NCBI GenBank assembly: GCA_963843375.1
Contig: CAWJKT010000011.1
Span: 32,001-96,000 of the forward strand
Direction: 5' to 3'
DNA: 64,000 nt
DNA from: an uncultured Pseudomonadota bacterium
Lineage (GTDB): Bacteria > Oederibacteriota > Muellerivitia > Muellerivitales > Muellerivitaceae
In this document: piece after piece, positions 1 to 8,936 of the stretch
Numbering within the stretch: the first letter of the stretch is position 1
Layout of the letters: each line of letters begins with the position of its first letter
Position numbers and translations under genes: made by a program
The notes under the pieces: model-generated
Told to the model about the DNA's origin: nothing
The model's database searches: none
Seen by the model: only the letters and a program-made list of their open reading frames with translations

Positions 1-2
1 CC

Positions 3-266
3 AAAGACACTGAAAAGTTCGAGAAGGATATGATGGACAAGGACTTGACGGAGAAGCTTCAACAGGCTCTCGGGACCCTGGCCCAAAGGGACGGGGAAAT
101 CCTCACCTGGCGTTACGGCCTGGACGGCCGTGGCAGTCAAACTTTGGATGAGATCGGCAAGCGCCTGAAAATTTCCAAGGAAAGGGTGCGTCAGATTGAG
201 GAAAGGGCCATGAAAAAAATCCGTGGTTCGAAGGAAGCCGAGTTGTTGAAGGATTTCGTCGCTTAA
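3..266 (+). CDS. sigma-70 family RNA polymerase sigma factor (RpoD/RpoS type), C-terminal region 4, 5'-partial
   Basis: Region-4 motif RYGLDG...TLDEIGKRLKISKERVRQIEERAMKKIR; frame is open back to the window start. Confidence 0.9.
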   Translation, partial: KDTEKFEKDMMDKDLTEKLQQALGTLAQRDGEILTWRYGLDGRGSQTLDEIGKRLKISKERVRQIEERAMKKIRGSKEAELLKDFVA

Positions 267-339
267 AACGGAAGCCGTACCGGCCGTTCACCGCCTAAAC
301 CCGGCGGTCGGCGGCCGAAAAACGGGCAGAAGGAAAAAA

Positions 340-657
340 ATGGAAGTGCATCCGACCCACCCGGTTTATACCATAAGTGTCGTGGCCCAGCTTTTAAGCC
401 TGCACGAACAGACCATCCGGCAATACGAGCGGTTGGGGCTTATCTCCCCCTGTCGCACTATCCGGAAAACCAGGCTCTATTCGCAAAACGACATCGAACG
501 GCTCGAATGCATTAATTACCTCGTCAAAACCTGCGGAGTGAACTTATCGGGGGTGAAAATCGTCATAACCTTATCGCACCAGCATCCGGAAATCGACCAG
601 ATGCTGAAAGGCAGGAAAATGCATCTTCCAAACCATCATGGCCAGCATGATGTTTGA
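340..657 (+). CDS. hspR: MerR-family transcriptional regulator, HspR-like
   Basis: PVYTISVVAQLLSLHEQTIRQYERLGLISP...RLYSQNDIERL...GVNLSGVK follows the HspR pattern; lies just upstream of a stress protease. Confidence 0.7.
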   Translation: MEVHPTHPVYTISVVAQLLSLHEQTIRQYERLGLISPCRTIRKTRLYSQNDIERLECINYLVKTCGVNLSGVKIVITLSHQHPEIDQMLKGRKMHLPNHHGQHDV

Positions 658-689
658 GTATTTATTTTTCAAAATTTAGGGGAACAAAA

Positions 690-2225
690 ATGAAATACAA
701 TAAAAGCCGCAAAAGTTGGTTGTTGAATGCCTCGTTTTTAGCATTGGCTGTGCCGTTATTTTCAGGACTCTTCCCGGTTATCGCTACCGCCGCGGTATTG
801 AAACTTCCCACCGAAGCTCCCACCCCCAATGCCGCCAATAGCGCGGCCGTTGCGCTTCAAAACGCCTTCATTGACGTCGCCGCCAAGGTCAGTCCTGCGG
901 TGGTCAATATCAGTTCGGAATGGACCGAAGACGTTCGGGGGCTCAATGATTTTGGAGACATGAACGATTTTTTCAACTATTGGTTTTACGGCCCCCGGGG
1001 CGGCCAGCAAAACCGGCAGTTTAAACGAAAGCAACGCAGCCTGGGTTCGGGCTTCATCGTAACCCCCGACGGTTACATTGTTACCAACGCCCATGTGGTG
1101 GGTAAGGCGGAAAAAGTCACCGTCACCCTGGAGGACGGAACCACCTATCCCGCCAAAATTATCGGCAAAGATGAAAAAGTGGATATCGCCGTGATCAAGA
1201 TCGCCGACGAAAAGAAAACCTTCCCCATCGTGCTTTTGGGCGATTCGGACGCCATCAAGGTGGGCCAATGGGCCATCGCCATCGGCAATCCCTTCGCCCT
1301 GGACCATACGGTCACCACCGGGGTTATCTCCGCCAAAGGACGCGAAGAGGAAGTCAGCCAAGACCAGGGCGTCCAAAGCTATATCCAAACCGACGCCTCC
1401 ATCAATCCCGGCAATTCGGGCGGGCCACTTTGCGATATCGACGGACGGGTGATCGGCATCAACAGCGCCATTTACAGCCAATCGGGCGGATCGGTGGGGA
1501 TTGGGTTCGCCATTCCCGCAAACATCGCTCGCAAAGCCGCCGAAGACCTGGTGAACGAGGGGAAAGTTGTTCGCGCGGGGCTCGGCGCCATCGTGCAGGG
1601 CCTTACTCCCAAGATGGCCGAAAGCTTCGGACTTAACAGCACCCAAGGGGCGCTGCTGGCCGGTATTAACCCCGGAAGCGCGGCGGAAAAAGCCGGTTTG
1701 AAGGCGGGGGATATCGTTCTGGAAATTGACGCGGAAAAAATCACGGGCGCAGGCGACCTAGTCGCCAGGCTTTACACCCATCAGCCAGGGGACATCGTGA
1801 ACTTGACCATCTTGAGAAACGGAGCCCAAAGCACCCTCCCGGTAACCCTTCAAAAGTTGGAAGAGACGGCCGCGAAACCCAATTCATCTTCGGAAGAAGG
1901 CGAGGACAACAATGGCGGTCCCACATTGGGCCAAAGTAACAGTCTGGGGCTGGCTTTCCAGGATCAGACGGAGGACATTAAAAGCCAGCTTCCAGCGGGA
2001 GCCCCCAAAGGACCGATCGTCACCAACGTTATCCAACAAAGCCCTGCGGCCCAGGCCGGGTTGCAGCCGGGGGATATTATTTTAAAGGTGGGAAATACCG
2101 CCATTTACTCAGCCAACCAGCTTTCGGTTGTCTTGAAAAAAAGCGATATGAAAGATGGTGTCCGTATTTATCTTTGGCGCGAAGGTGAAACTTCATTCAC
2201 TATCCTGCAATCGGGAGACGAGTAA
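690..2225 (+). CDS. htrA: Do/DegP (HtrA) serine endopeptidase with two PDZ domains
   Basis: Signal peptide; GSGFIV, TNAHVV, DIAVIK and INPGNSGGPL catalytic motifs; two PDZ repeats (GSAAEKAGLKAGD, SPAAQAGLQPGD). Confidence 0.95.
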   Translation: MKYNKSRKSWLLNASFLALAVPLFSGLFPVIATAAVLKLPTEAPTPNAANSAAVALQNAFIDVAAKVSPAVVNISSEWTEDVRGLNDFGDMNDFFNYWFYGPRGGQQNRQFKRKQRSLGSGFIVTPDGYIVTNAHVVGKAEKVTVTLEDGTTYPAKIIGKDEKVDIAVIKIADEKKTFPIVLLGDSDAIKVGQWAIAIGNPFALDHTVTTGVISAKGREEEVSQDQGVQSYIQTDASINPGNSGGPLCDIDGRVIGINSAIYSQSGGSVGIGFAIPANIARKAAEDLVNEGKVVRAGLGAIVQGLTPKMAESFGLNSTQGALLAGINPGSAAEKAGLKAGDIVLEIDAEKITGAGDLVARLYTHQPGDIVNLTILRNGAQSTLPVTLQKLEETAAKPNSSSEEGEDNNGGPTLGQSNSLGLAFQDQTEDIKSQLPAGAPKGPIVTNVIQQSPAAQAGLQPGDIILKVGNTAIYSANQLSVVLKKSDMKDGVRIYLWREGETSFTILQSGDE

Positions 2226-2264
2226 AAATCGTTATCCGTTTTAAGTTTTTGGTTTCGAGTATTC

Positions 2265-2297
2265 AAAAAAGCCCTGGTTTTTTACCAGGGCTTTTTT
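2265..2297. terminator. bidirectional intrinsic terminator
   Basis: AAAAAAGCCCTGGT-ttttt-ACCAGGGCTTTTTT perfect stem, about 40 nt after the htrA stop. Confidence 0.9.
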
Positions 2298-2377
2298 ATT
2301 TTCCCCAAGGTTTGAAGGGAGGCTCGTTAGGTCATCACTTAAGCCTTTCTTTTGTCTAAGTAAGTCGAGTTACTTCC

Positions 2378-2407
2378 TTGAAATTCACAAAGCGGTCTGG
2401 ATAGAAT
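2378..2407 (+). promoter_or_regulatory. putative sigma70 promoter
   Basis: TTGAAA-18 nt-TAGAAT upstream of the CDS at 2443. Confidence 0.45.
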
Positions 2408-2442
2408 CATTCCCATTCCTGGATTGAAGGTATGGAAGGTAA

Positions 2443-3417
2443 ATGTATTTAAATTACCGGTTGACCGAACTCAACGAATTGGAAGCCTGTTATCCCTTTA
2501 TTCGTGACAGGTTCCATTATGAAGAATCCCTCAAAAAAGATGTTCTGCTCCTGTGGAAGACGCTGATTGAAGAAGGGTGCTGCATCTCCCAGGTTATCGA
2601 TGATCGGGATCAGCCTCCGGACAAACGGCAAGTCGGCTTCGGAATCAGCTTTTTTGCCACGGATCGTTTCATGGAAGAGGCCAAGAGCACTCTCCCCCCT
2701 TTCCTGCACTTGCGGGTTCTTGAAAAGTGGAAAAAAGGCATCCGGCCCTTTATCAAAAAGGACGAGGTTTCCCAGGCCCAGGCCGGCCGGGGTCTCAACG
2801 TGGTGGCCCTGCATTACGGCTGGGACTTTCAAAGATACAATCTGGAAAATTTCATCAAGATCCGTCAATTCTGCACCCAGGCTTTCCTGACCCTGGTGAG
2901 TGGCTACAGGGTCAAGGAATTCGCCGAAGAAGTCTATGAGCCCGAGGAAAGGGACATCATCACCAACCTGGGTTGTGACACTTACCGGGACTATAAGGAG
3001 TTCTTGGGTACTAAATATCTTCCCCCAGTCATACAACGAAGCCATCCTTATTTGATGGGTGTGACCGCGGAGGCGGCCCGAAAAAAGCCCGGCACCGCAG
3101 CTGCGGCCATCGCCCTTTTGGGATCGCCCCGGTTTAATTTCCAGTTGGCGGAACAAGAAATCCTAAGACGGGCCTTGCTGGGTGAAACGGACGAAGAAAT
3201 CGCCCAGGCCCTGGGAATTTCCCTTATTACGGTTAAAAAACGGTGGCAGGGGATTTACGATAAAGTGGAGGCGGTGGACTCGGAACTCCTTGCCGAAGCC
3301 TCAAGTGAGAACCAGGAAAGCGGAAAGATGAAACAGAGGCGTCGTTATTTGCTGAAGAATCTGCGCGACCATCCCGAAGAGCTTTGGCCCGCATCTACCT
3401 CTGGCGCCGCAGGCTAA
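2443..3417 (+). CDS. transcriptional regulator with C-terminal LuxR-like HTH and an unassigned N-terminal domain
   Basis: C-terminal EQEILRRALLGETDEEIAQALGISLITVKKRWQGIYDKV helix-turn-helix. Confidence 0.7.
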   Translation: MYLNYRLTELNELEACYPFIRDRFHYEESLKKDVLLLWKTLIEEGCCISQVIDDRDQPPDKRQVGFGISFFATDRFMEEAKSTLPPFLHLRVLEKWKKGIRPFIKKDEVSQAQAGRGLNVVALHYGWDFQRYNLENFIKIRQFCTQAFLTLVSGYRVKEFAEEVYEPEERDIITNLGCDTYRDYKEFLGTKYLPPVIQRSHPYLMGVTAEAARKKPGTAAAAIALLGSPRFNFQLAEQEILRRALLGETDEEIAQALGISLITVKKRWQGIYDKVEAVDSELLAEASSENQESGKMKQRRRYLLKNLRDHPEELWPASTSGAAG

Positions 3418-3601
3418 AGCCATTCCCCATAAAATCCGAAACTAACTTCCCGGAATTATGTCTCAAGCCGAGTGTCTTCCCTATATCTTTTTTTCTTTTT
3501 TAAAACCGAGTTGTGGTTTTTCTAGTTGAAAAAATTTTCCTCAGGTGTTTTCACGTTTGAAGGGATAACGTTATTGGGGCCCTAAAATTTTTTCATGAAA
3601 A

Positions 3602-3616
3602 TATACCAAAGGTATA
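3602..3616. promoter_or_regulatory. 6-3-6 palindromic operator candidate
   Basis: TATACC-aaa-GGTATA perfect inverted repeat, 73 nt upstream of the STAS gene start. Confidence 0.4.
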
Positions 3617-3689
3617 AGACCTAATTCCCCTTCCCGGCAACAATAAGCCGCATCAAGGGTTCTGTGGGGCCCAACCCAAGGAGGTTCTT

Positions 3690-4121
3690 ATGCAAAAGTT
3701 TTCAGCCGATATCGTCTACAACAACCAGTATCCGGATTTCATTACCCTTCGGATCAAGGGCGACGTTAATATCAGTACCTTGAACCAAGTCGAAAAAAGT
3801 CTGGATTCTATTTTCACCTCTTGCCGCGGGAAAAGAATCCTTTTCGATTTGACGGAAACAAGTTACGTGAGTAGCAGCGGTTGGAGCTTGTTATTGATCG
3901 CCTATAAACGTATACAAGACATGGGGGGAAGGTTTCTGCTGACCGGGATGAATACGGAAATTTACTATGCTTTCGAGCTCCTGGAATTTCAAAACCTTAT
4001 GGATCATTATCCAGACACCGCGACAGCCATTCGGGAAAGCCTGAAGGAAACGGTTTTGCCGCCTCCCCCGCCCTCTCCAAAAGGAAAATGGGGCAAAGAA
4101 ATGCTTAAACTCGTTTTATAG
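3690..4121 (+). CDS. STAS-domain anti-sigma-factor antagonist
   Basis: IKGDVN...ILFDLTETSYVSSSGW...AFELLEF, with the conserved phospho-Ser motif; SD AGGAGG. Confidence 0.85.
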   Translation: MQKFSADIVYNNQYPDFITLRIKGDVNISTLNQVEKSLDSIFTSCRGKRILFDLTETSYVSSSGWSLLLIAYKRIQDMGGRFLLTGMNTEIYYAFELLEFQNLMDHYPDTATAIRESLKETVLPPPPPSPKGKWGKEMLKLVL

Positions 4122-4172
4122 GCTTCCTCTAAAAGTTACTTGGTTTTTCCCTTGTCCCTCTTACCCCTTGGG

Positions 4173-4595
4173 TTACCCAAAAATCAGACGGCCTAAAAAG
4201 ATCAGCCAAATAAGACTGTTGCAGAGATGTCCCGTCCAGCAGACCCGGCATTCCAGCTTATCCCGCAGGAGAATCCAGGCGAGCCAAAGGGTCATCAGGA
4301 AAGCGAAGGTCGTGGCCGCGAAAAGAATTCCCCAAGACCAATGAAAATAAAGACCCGTACCCAGCAGAGGATAATAAAGAACTCCAAGGGCAGAGTTTGG
4401 TACGCCTAGGAGGGCGGCGTTGGGGGTTCGGAAAAGCACCTGACAGCCGCCCGCTTCCAATCGGCAGATGTTGGGCCCGGTGAGAAAAGCGGGAAGGGTG
4501 CGGTAGCGACCGAAAAGAGCGATGGCAGCTGAAATAAAACCAACAATTAAGCACATGCCTAAGACCACAGTAATCATGAGATTACCATAACTCAA
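4173..4595 (-). CDS. vitamin K epoxide reductase (VKOR) family membrane protein
   Basis: Loop Cys pair CRLEAGGC, LLGVPNSALG and the CxxC motif CRVCW. Confidence 0.85.
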   Translation of the reverse strand: MSYGNLMITVVLGMCLIVGFISAAIALFGRYRTLPAFLTGPNICRLEAGGCQVLFRTPNAALLGVPNSALGVLYYPLLGTGLYFHWSWGILFAATTFAFLMTLWLAWILLRDKLECRVCWTGHLCNSLIWLIFLGRLIFG

Positions 4596-4682
4596 AAATT
4601 CAAGATTTCAAACTTGTCTGAGGAATTTAGGACGATGAATTAAGGAAGAAAATCAGATTGATCGCTTTCTGTATCTAAGAAT

Positions 4683-5345
4683 CTAAGAGGCTAAACGGTA
4701 TAAAGCCCGAAACCGCCGGATGGGCGGATCTTCCAAATCCATGAAGTCCTCAAAAGAATCGCAATTCAAATTCTCTTCTAAAAAGCAAGAAAGGTCATTC
4801 TTGGTCAAGGGCCAGGGCGGGCCCTCGGGAAGCTGGTTGGGTTCTTTTCCACGGCTGATGACCAAAAGATTCCCCTGAGCGCTGACTAAGCGGCCCAGGC
4901 AGCTGATGGCTTCCTCCCGCAAGGGGGACTGAAGCGATTGGAGGGTATAGGCCTCGAAAACAAAATCAAAATAACGAGTCCAACCGGCTGGCGCCTGGAA
5001 AAGATCCATTGTCTCATAACGGACCTTGGAAAAGGGGAAGCGCCTTTTGCACCAGGCAATAGCGGTGGGTGAAATATCGAAAGCCGTCACGGCAAGACCC
5101 CGGCGCGTAAGTTCCTCGGCGTCATCCCCCAAACCGCAACCCACGATAAGGGCTTTTTTTCCAGGCGGCACCGGATTTTTTTCCAACCATTCCACCAGAT
5201 GGGGATTGGCGGACAAGTTAGCCCAAGGAATAGCCAGTTCATCCCCGTTTGCCCCGGCGTAAACAGCTTCAAACCATCCCAAAGGGTCCTTGTTTTTGAA
5301 GTGTTCTTCGGCTTTGATTTGTACGAGAATGCGGGTGACTTCCAT
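4683..5345 (-). CDS. class I SAM-dependent methyltransferase (TPMT-like)
   Basis: ALIVGCGLGDDA, AFDISPTAI and GPPWPL motifs; SD AAGGAG before the ATG at 5345. Confidence 0.85.
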   Translation of the reverse strand: MEVTRILVQIKAEEHFKNKDPLGWFEAVYAGANGDELAIPWANLSANPHLVEWLEKNPVPPGKKALIVGCGLGDDAEELTRRGLAVTAFDISPTAIAWCKRRFPFSKVRYETMDLFQAPAGWTRYFDFVFEAYTLQSLQSPLREEAISCLGRLVSAQGNLLVISRGKEPNQLPEGPPWPLTKNDLSCFLEENLNCDSFEDFMDLEDPPIRRFRALYRLAS

Positions 5346-5530
5346 GTTCTCTCCTTGTTTATCAACTGGTAAGTATTGGAAGAGCAAGAGGAGTGCCATC
5401 TCAAATTCAATTTTTGAAGGGCCTTTTCCAAGGCCTTATTGAGGGCTCGAAAAAACGTGAAGACAATTTTGTAGCGCGCACAGAACAAGCACGACACGAT
5501 TAAGTTAATTTTGGGTAAGGAAAATCAGCA

Positions 5531-6007
5531 TTGAATATCTTGCATGTTTTAAGCGGGGATTTCGTAGCTGGATCGGAGACTTCCACCGCCGCTTTGATCC
5601 AGAGGCAAGTGGGGGCGGGACATCGCGCCTTTATCGCCGCCGGAAGCTTCAGCCAGCCCACCCTGGGCCAATTCATTCAGGTTCCAATTTATGACAGGGG
5701 TCTTCTCCATCGTTTTTTGAATATCAAGTTGATAGTTCAAATTATCCGCCGAGAAAAAATCGACATCGTCCACGCACATTCCCGGGCGGCCAGTTGGGTT
5801 TGCTATTGGGCCTGCCGTTTCACTCAAACGGCCTACCTGTCCACCCTGCATGGCCGCCAGCACCTTCATCTTTCCAACCGCCGCCATAACGTGTACGGCC
5901 CCCGGGTCATCACGGTTTGCGAAAATATCCGCGAGCAAATGCTGAACGAAACTTCGGTCTTCCAGCCAGACCAACTGGTGGTTATCCGTAATGGCCTCTC
6001 ACTCTAA
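5531..6007 (+). CDS. GT4 glycosyltransferase, N-terminal domain only
   Basis: MNILHVL...GSE, DIVHAHSR, TLHG; ends at VIRNG, the end of the N-terminal Rossmann domain. Confidence 0.8.
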   Translation: MNILHVLSGDFVAGSETSTAALIQRQVGAGHRAFIAAGSFSQPTLGQFIQVPIYDRGLLHRFLNIKLIVQIIRREKIDIVHAHSRAASWVCYWACRFTQTAYLSTLHGRQHLHLSNRRHNVYGPRVITVCENIREQMLNETSVFQPDQLVVIRNGLSL

Positions 6008-7304
6008 GCCGACGGTCCTGATCGTGGGCCGGCTTTCGGGGCCTAAGAACGAGGTCCTGCTTACATTCCTGAGAGCGTCAGCTCCGCTTGTCGCCCAAGA
6101 AATCAAAGGTGTCAGATTCCAGATTGTGGGCGGCCCAATCGGGGATGAACACCGGCAATTGGAAAAGCGTTTCCCCGTCGCCCATTTCGAGGGTCACCAA
6201 CAAGACTTGAAGCCCTTTTACCAGAAGGCGGACGTGGTTGTGGGCGCGGGCCGGGTGGCATTGGAGGCTATGGCTTTGAAGCGTCCCGTTGTGGCCCTCG
6301 GGGAAAAAATGTACGTGGGCCCATTGTTTCCTGAAAATATCGAAACAGCCGAAAAAACCAATTTTGGGGATTGTTTTGAAAAGGAAGCTTTCGATTGGGA
6401 CCAAACAGCCAAGGACCTCATCCAACTGCTGAAGAACGGGATGAAGCGCAACCAGGCAGCCAAGGCCGGTTTTCAACTAGTCCATTCCAAATACAACATG
6501 AAAAAAATATTTCCCGCGACGGAAGAATTGTACCAGCGGGTTTTACTGGATAAGAACATTGCCGCCGTGCATGAAATACCCGTTTTGATGTACCACCGGG
6601 TTGTAGAAGAGGCGCCTTCTGCCTCCAAATACAACATCTATGTCACCCGCCGAAATTTGGAAAAGCAATTTCGATTCCTCAAGACACGAGGTTTTGAGTC
6701 CATTACTTTCCAGGATTTGATGACCCGCCGAATTCCGCCGAAGCCGGTCATCCTCACATTCGATGACGGTTACGAGGATAGTTACGAACAGCTTTTCCCC
6801 TTGCTTCAACAAAATCAAGTGAAAGCGGTGGTCTACATACTGGGTAACCGGAAGCACCGGAATAACTTTTGGGATATTCCCCAAGGCGAACCGGAGGCGT
6901 CCCTATTGAGGGATAGTCAGATTCGGGAAATGTCCCAGAGCGGTCTGGTGGAGTTCGGCGCCCATTCGCTGAACCATCCCAGGCTCACTCTTTTGAAGCC
7001 GCAAGAGGTCCGGGAAGAAGTGGAGGGTTCCAAGAAATCCATTGAGAAACTATTGGGGAAACCTGTCCTTTCCTTTGCCTATCCTTATGGCTTCTTTAAC
7101 GAGGAAATCAAAAAAATTACAAGGGAGGCAGGTTATACCTTCGGCATCGCCGTGAAAGGGCGATTCACCCGCTTTAGTGAGGACCTGATGGAAATCCGGC
7201 GGGTCCATATGTTTCCCAATACTTCCATAACCGATCTTTGGAAAAAAACCAGCGGGTTTTACCACCGCTACCGAAAATTCACCGGAAGATTCGATGCCGA
7301 TTAA
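5991..7304 (+). CDS. GT4 C-terminal domain fused to a polysaccharide deacetylase (CE4)
   Basis: IVGRLSGPK and GAGRVALEAMA, then PVLMYHRV, LTFDDGY, GAHSLNHP, FAYPYG. Confidence 0.85.
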   Translation: MASHSKPTVLIVGRLSGPKNEVLLTFLRASAPLVAQEIKGVRFQIVGGPIGDEHRQLEKRFPVAHFEGHQQDLKPFYQKADVVVGAGRVALEAMALKRPVVALGEKMYVGPLFPENIETAEKTNFGDCFEKEAFDWDQTAKDLIQLLKNGMKRNQAAKAGFQLVHSKYNMKKIFPATEELYQRVLLDKNIAAVHEIPVLMYHRVVEEAPSASKYNIYVTRRNLEKQFRFLKTRGFESITFQDLMTRRIPPKPVILTFDDGYEDSYEQLFPLLQQNQVKAVVYILGNRKHRNNFWDIPQGEPEASLLRDSQIREMSQSGLVEFGAHSLNHPRLTLLKPQEVREEVEGSKKSIEKLLGKPVLSFAYPYGFFNEEIKKITREAGYTFGIAVKGRFTRFSEDLMEIRRVHMFPNTSITDLWKKTSGFYHRYRKFTGRFDAD

Positions 7305-8076
7305 ACTCTCGATGGTCATCATTACCTTGAACGAAGAGCGCAATATCAGGCGTTGCCTAAAAAGCCTTCGGTTCTCCTCCAAAGTTTTCGGCAAGCCCGA
7401 AGTGATTGTGGTAGACGCTCGAAGTAAGGATAAAACCGTTAGCTTGGCCCGGGGATTGGGGGCGAAAGTTCTCATCCGCTCTTGGAAGGGATATTCGGAA
7501 CAGAAGAATTGGGCTTTCGGCAAAACGAAAGGCGATTGGATTTTGTCTCTTGATGCTGACGAAGAATTGACCCCCGAACTTTGCCGTGAGATTGAGGAAA
7601 AAATCGTAAATGCCCCAAAAGAGGTGGATGGTTATTTCATCAAGCGCCGGGCATATTTCCTGGGCCGATGGATCCGACATTGCGGTTGGTGGCCGGACGC
7701 CCAATTGAGGCTGATTCGACGGGGAAAAGGGAAGTTCACAAACCGTCCGGTGCATGAAGGCATGGAAGTAAAGGGTTCAACGCTTGATCTGAAGGAACCC
7801 ATGAACCACTACACCTATGATTCTGTCTCCCAATATCTGGAGAAGATGAACCGGTATTCGGACCTTTTCCTTTTAAACGCTTCTGAAAAGAAAAAAAAAT
7901 TTTGGTGGGCCTACTTGGTCTTTATGCCCGGTTGGACTTTCTTCAAGATGTACCTTCTGAGGCTGGGAATCCTGGATGGCTGGCGGGGACTGCAAGTCTG
8001 TGGACTTTCTTCTTATCATGAAGTCGTGAAATACGTTAAGCTAGGAAGGATTTGGAGGCCGGTGAATAATGGATGA
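7294..8076 (+). CDS. GT2 glycosyltransferase (LPS core beta-1,4-glucosyltransferase-like)
   Basis: ITLNEERNI, WILSLDADE, GWWPDAQLRL, VHE and GILDGWRG motifs. Confidence 0.9.
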   Translation: MPIKLSMVIITLNEERNIRRCLKSLRFSSKVFGKPEVIVVDARSKDKTVSLARGLGAKVLIRSWKGYSEQKNWAFGKTKGDWILSLDADEELTPELCREIEEKIVNAPKEVDGYFIKRRAYFLGRWIRHCGWWPDAQLRLIRRGKGKFTNRPVHEGMEVKGSTLDLKEPMNHYTYDSVSQYLEKMNRYSDLFLLNASEKKKKFWWAYLVFMPGWTFFKMYLLRLGILDGWRGLQVCGLSSYHEVVKYVKLGRIWRPVNNG

Positions 8077-8383
8077 ATTCAAAGAAATACCGGTGGAAGA
8101 GGCCCGCAAGATGCTGGATTCGGGCAAGGCCTTTTTCGTGGACGTGAGGGACCCGGCTTCTTACGAGGCCGCCCATGTGCCCGGAGCTCTTCCTTTAAAC
8201 GACGCGAACATCGAAGAGTTCGTCACCCAGACCGACAAAGCCAAACCCATCGTGGTTTATTGCTACCACGGGCACACCAGCCAGGGCGCGGCTGCCTACC
8301 TGCTAGATCAAGGCTTTCAGGAAGTCTACAGCGTCATCGGTGGGTTCGAACGGTGGCGGCAGACGGAGAAAATCGAAAGCTAA
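8069..8383 (+). CDS. glpE: thiosulfate sulfurtransferase (single-domain rhodanese)
   Basis: VDVRD, HVPGA, active-site VYCYHGHTSQGAA, GGFERW. Confidence 0.85.
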   Translation: MDEFKEIPVEEARKMLDSGKAFFVDVRDPASYEAAHVPGALPLNDANIEEFVTQTDKAKPIVVYCYHGHTSQGAAAYLLDQGFQEVYSVIGGFERWRQTEKIES

Positions 8384-8413
8384 TCCGGGAAATTGCGTTT
8401 AGAGGCGGGGAAA

Positions 8414-8896
8414 ATGGGTGTGTGGGATAAGGAATACAGGCATTGGCTGATGAAGGCCGAGCCGGACGTTTATCCGGTAGAGCAATGGAAGAAGGACAAG
8501 GTCACCTTCTGGGACGGAGTGCGAAACTACACCGCCCGCAATTTCATGCGCGACAAAATGAGGAAGGGCGACGGAATGTTCTTCTACTACTCCGGGGGCA
8601 AGCCCAGCGGAATCGCGGGGGTGGGGGAAATCGTGAAGGAAGGCTATCCCGACCACACGGCTTTCGATCCCAAGGACATCCATTACGACCCCAAGAGCGA
8701 CCCGAATAAGCCCTCTTGGTACATGGTAGACGTGAAATACGTGAAAACCTGCAAACAGGTTATCCCTTTGGACTTTCTGAAAAAAGTCCCGGGCCTCAAG
8801 AACATGGCTTTATTCAAGTATTCCCGCCTATCGGTCCAGCCCGTCACCGAGGCGGAATGGAAAATCATCAACCGCCTGATCGACGGCCAAAATTAG
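8414..8896 (+). CDS. EVE domain protein
   Basis: WLMKAEP, WDGVRNYTARNFM, RLSVQPV. Confidence 0.9.
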   Translation: MGVWDKEYRHWLMKAEPDVYPVEQWKKDKVTFWDGVRNYTARNFMRDKMRKGDGMFFYYSGGKPSGIAGVGEIVKEGYPDHTAFDPKDIHYDPKSDPNKPSWYMVDVKYVKTCKQVIPLDFLKKVPGLKNMALFKYSRLSVQPVTEAEWKIINRLIDGQN

Positions 8897-8936
8897 TCGG
8901 CCAGTCGCGGTTTCCCTTGTTAAAATAACGCCCATT

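Noticed and set aside
267..690. HAIR operator (CTTGAG-N7-CTCAAG) for the HspR-like protein
   Set aside because: No convincing match found near the gene
762..1646. Long antisense ORFs (also 33757..34692, 50782..51504, 59731..60369)
   Set aside because: Shadow frames opposite better-supported genes, with no motifs of their own
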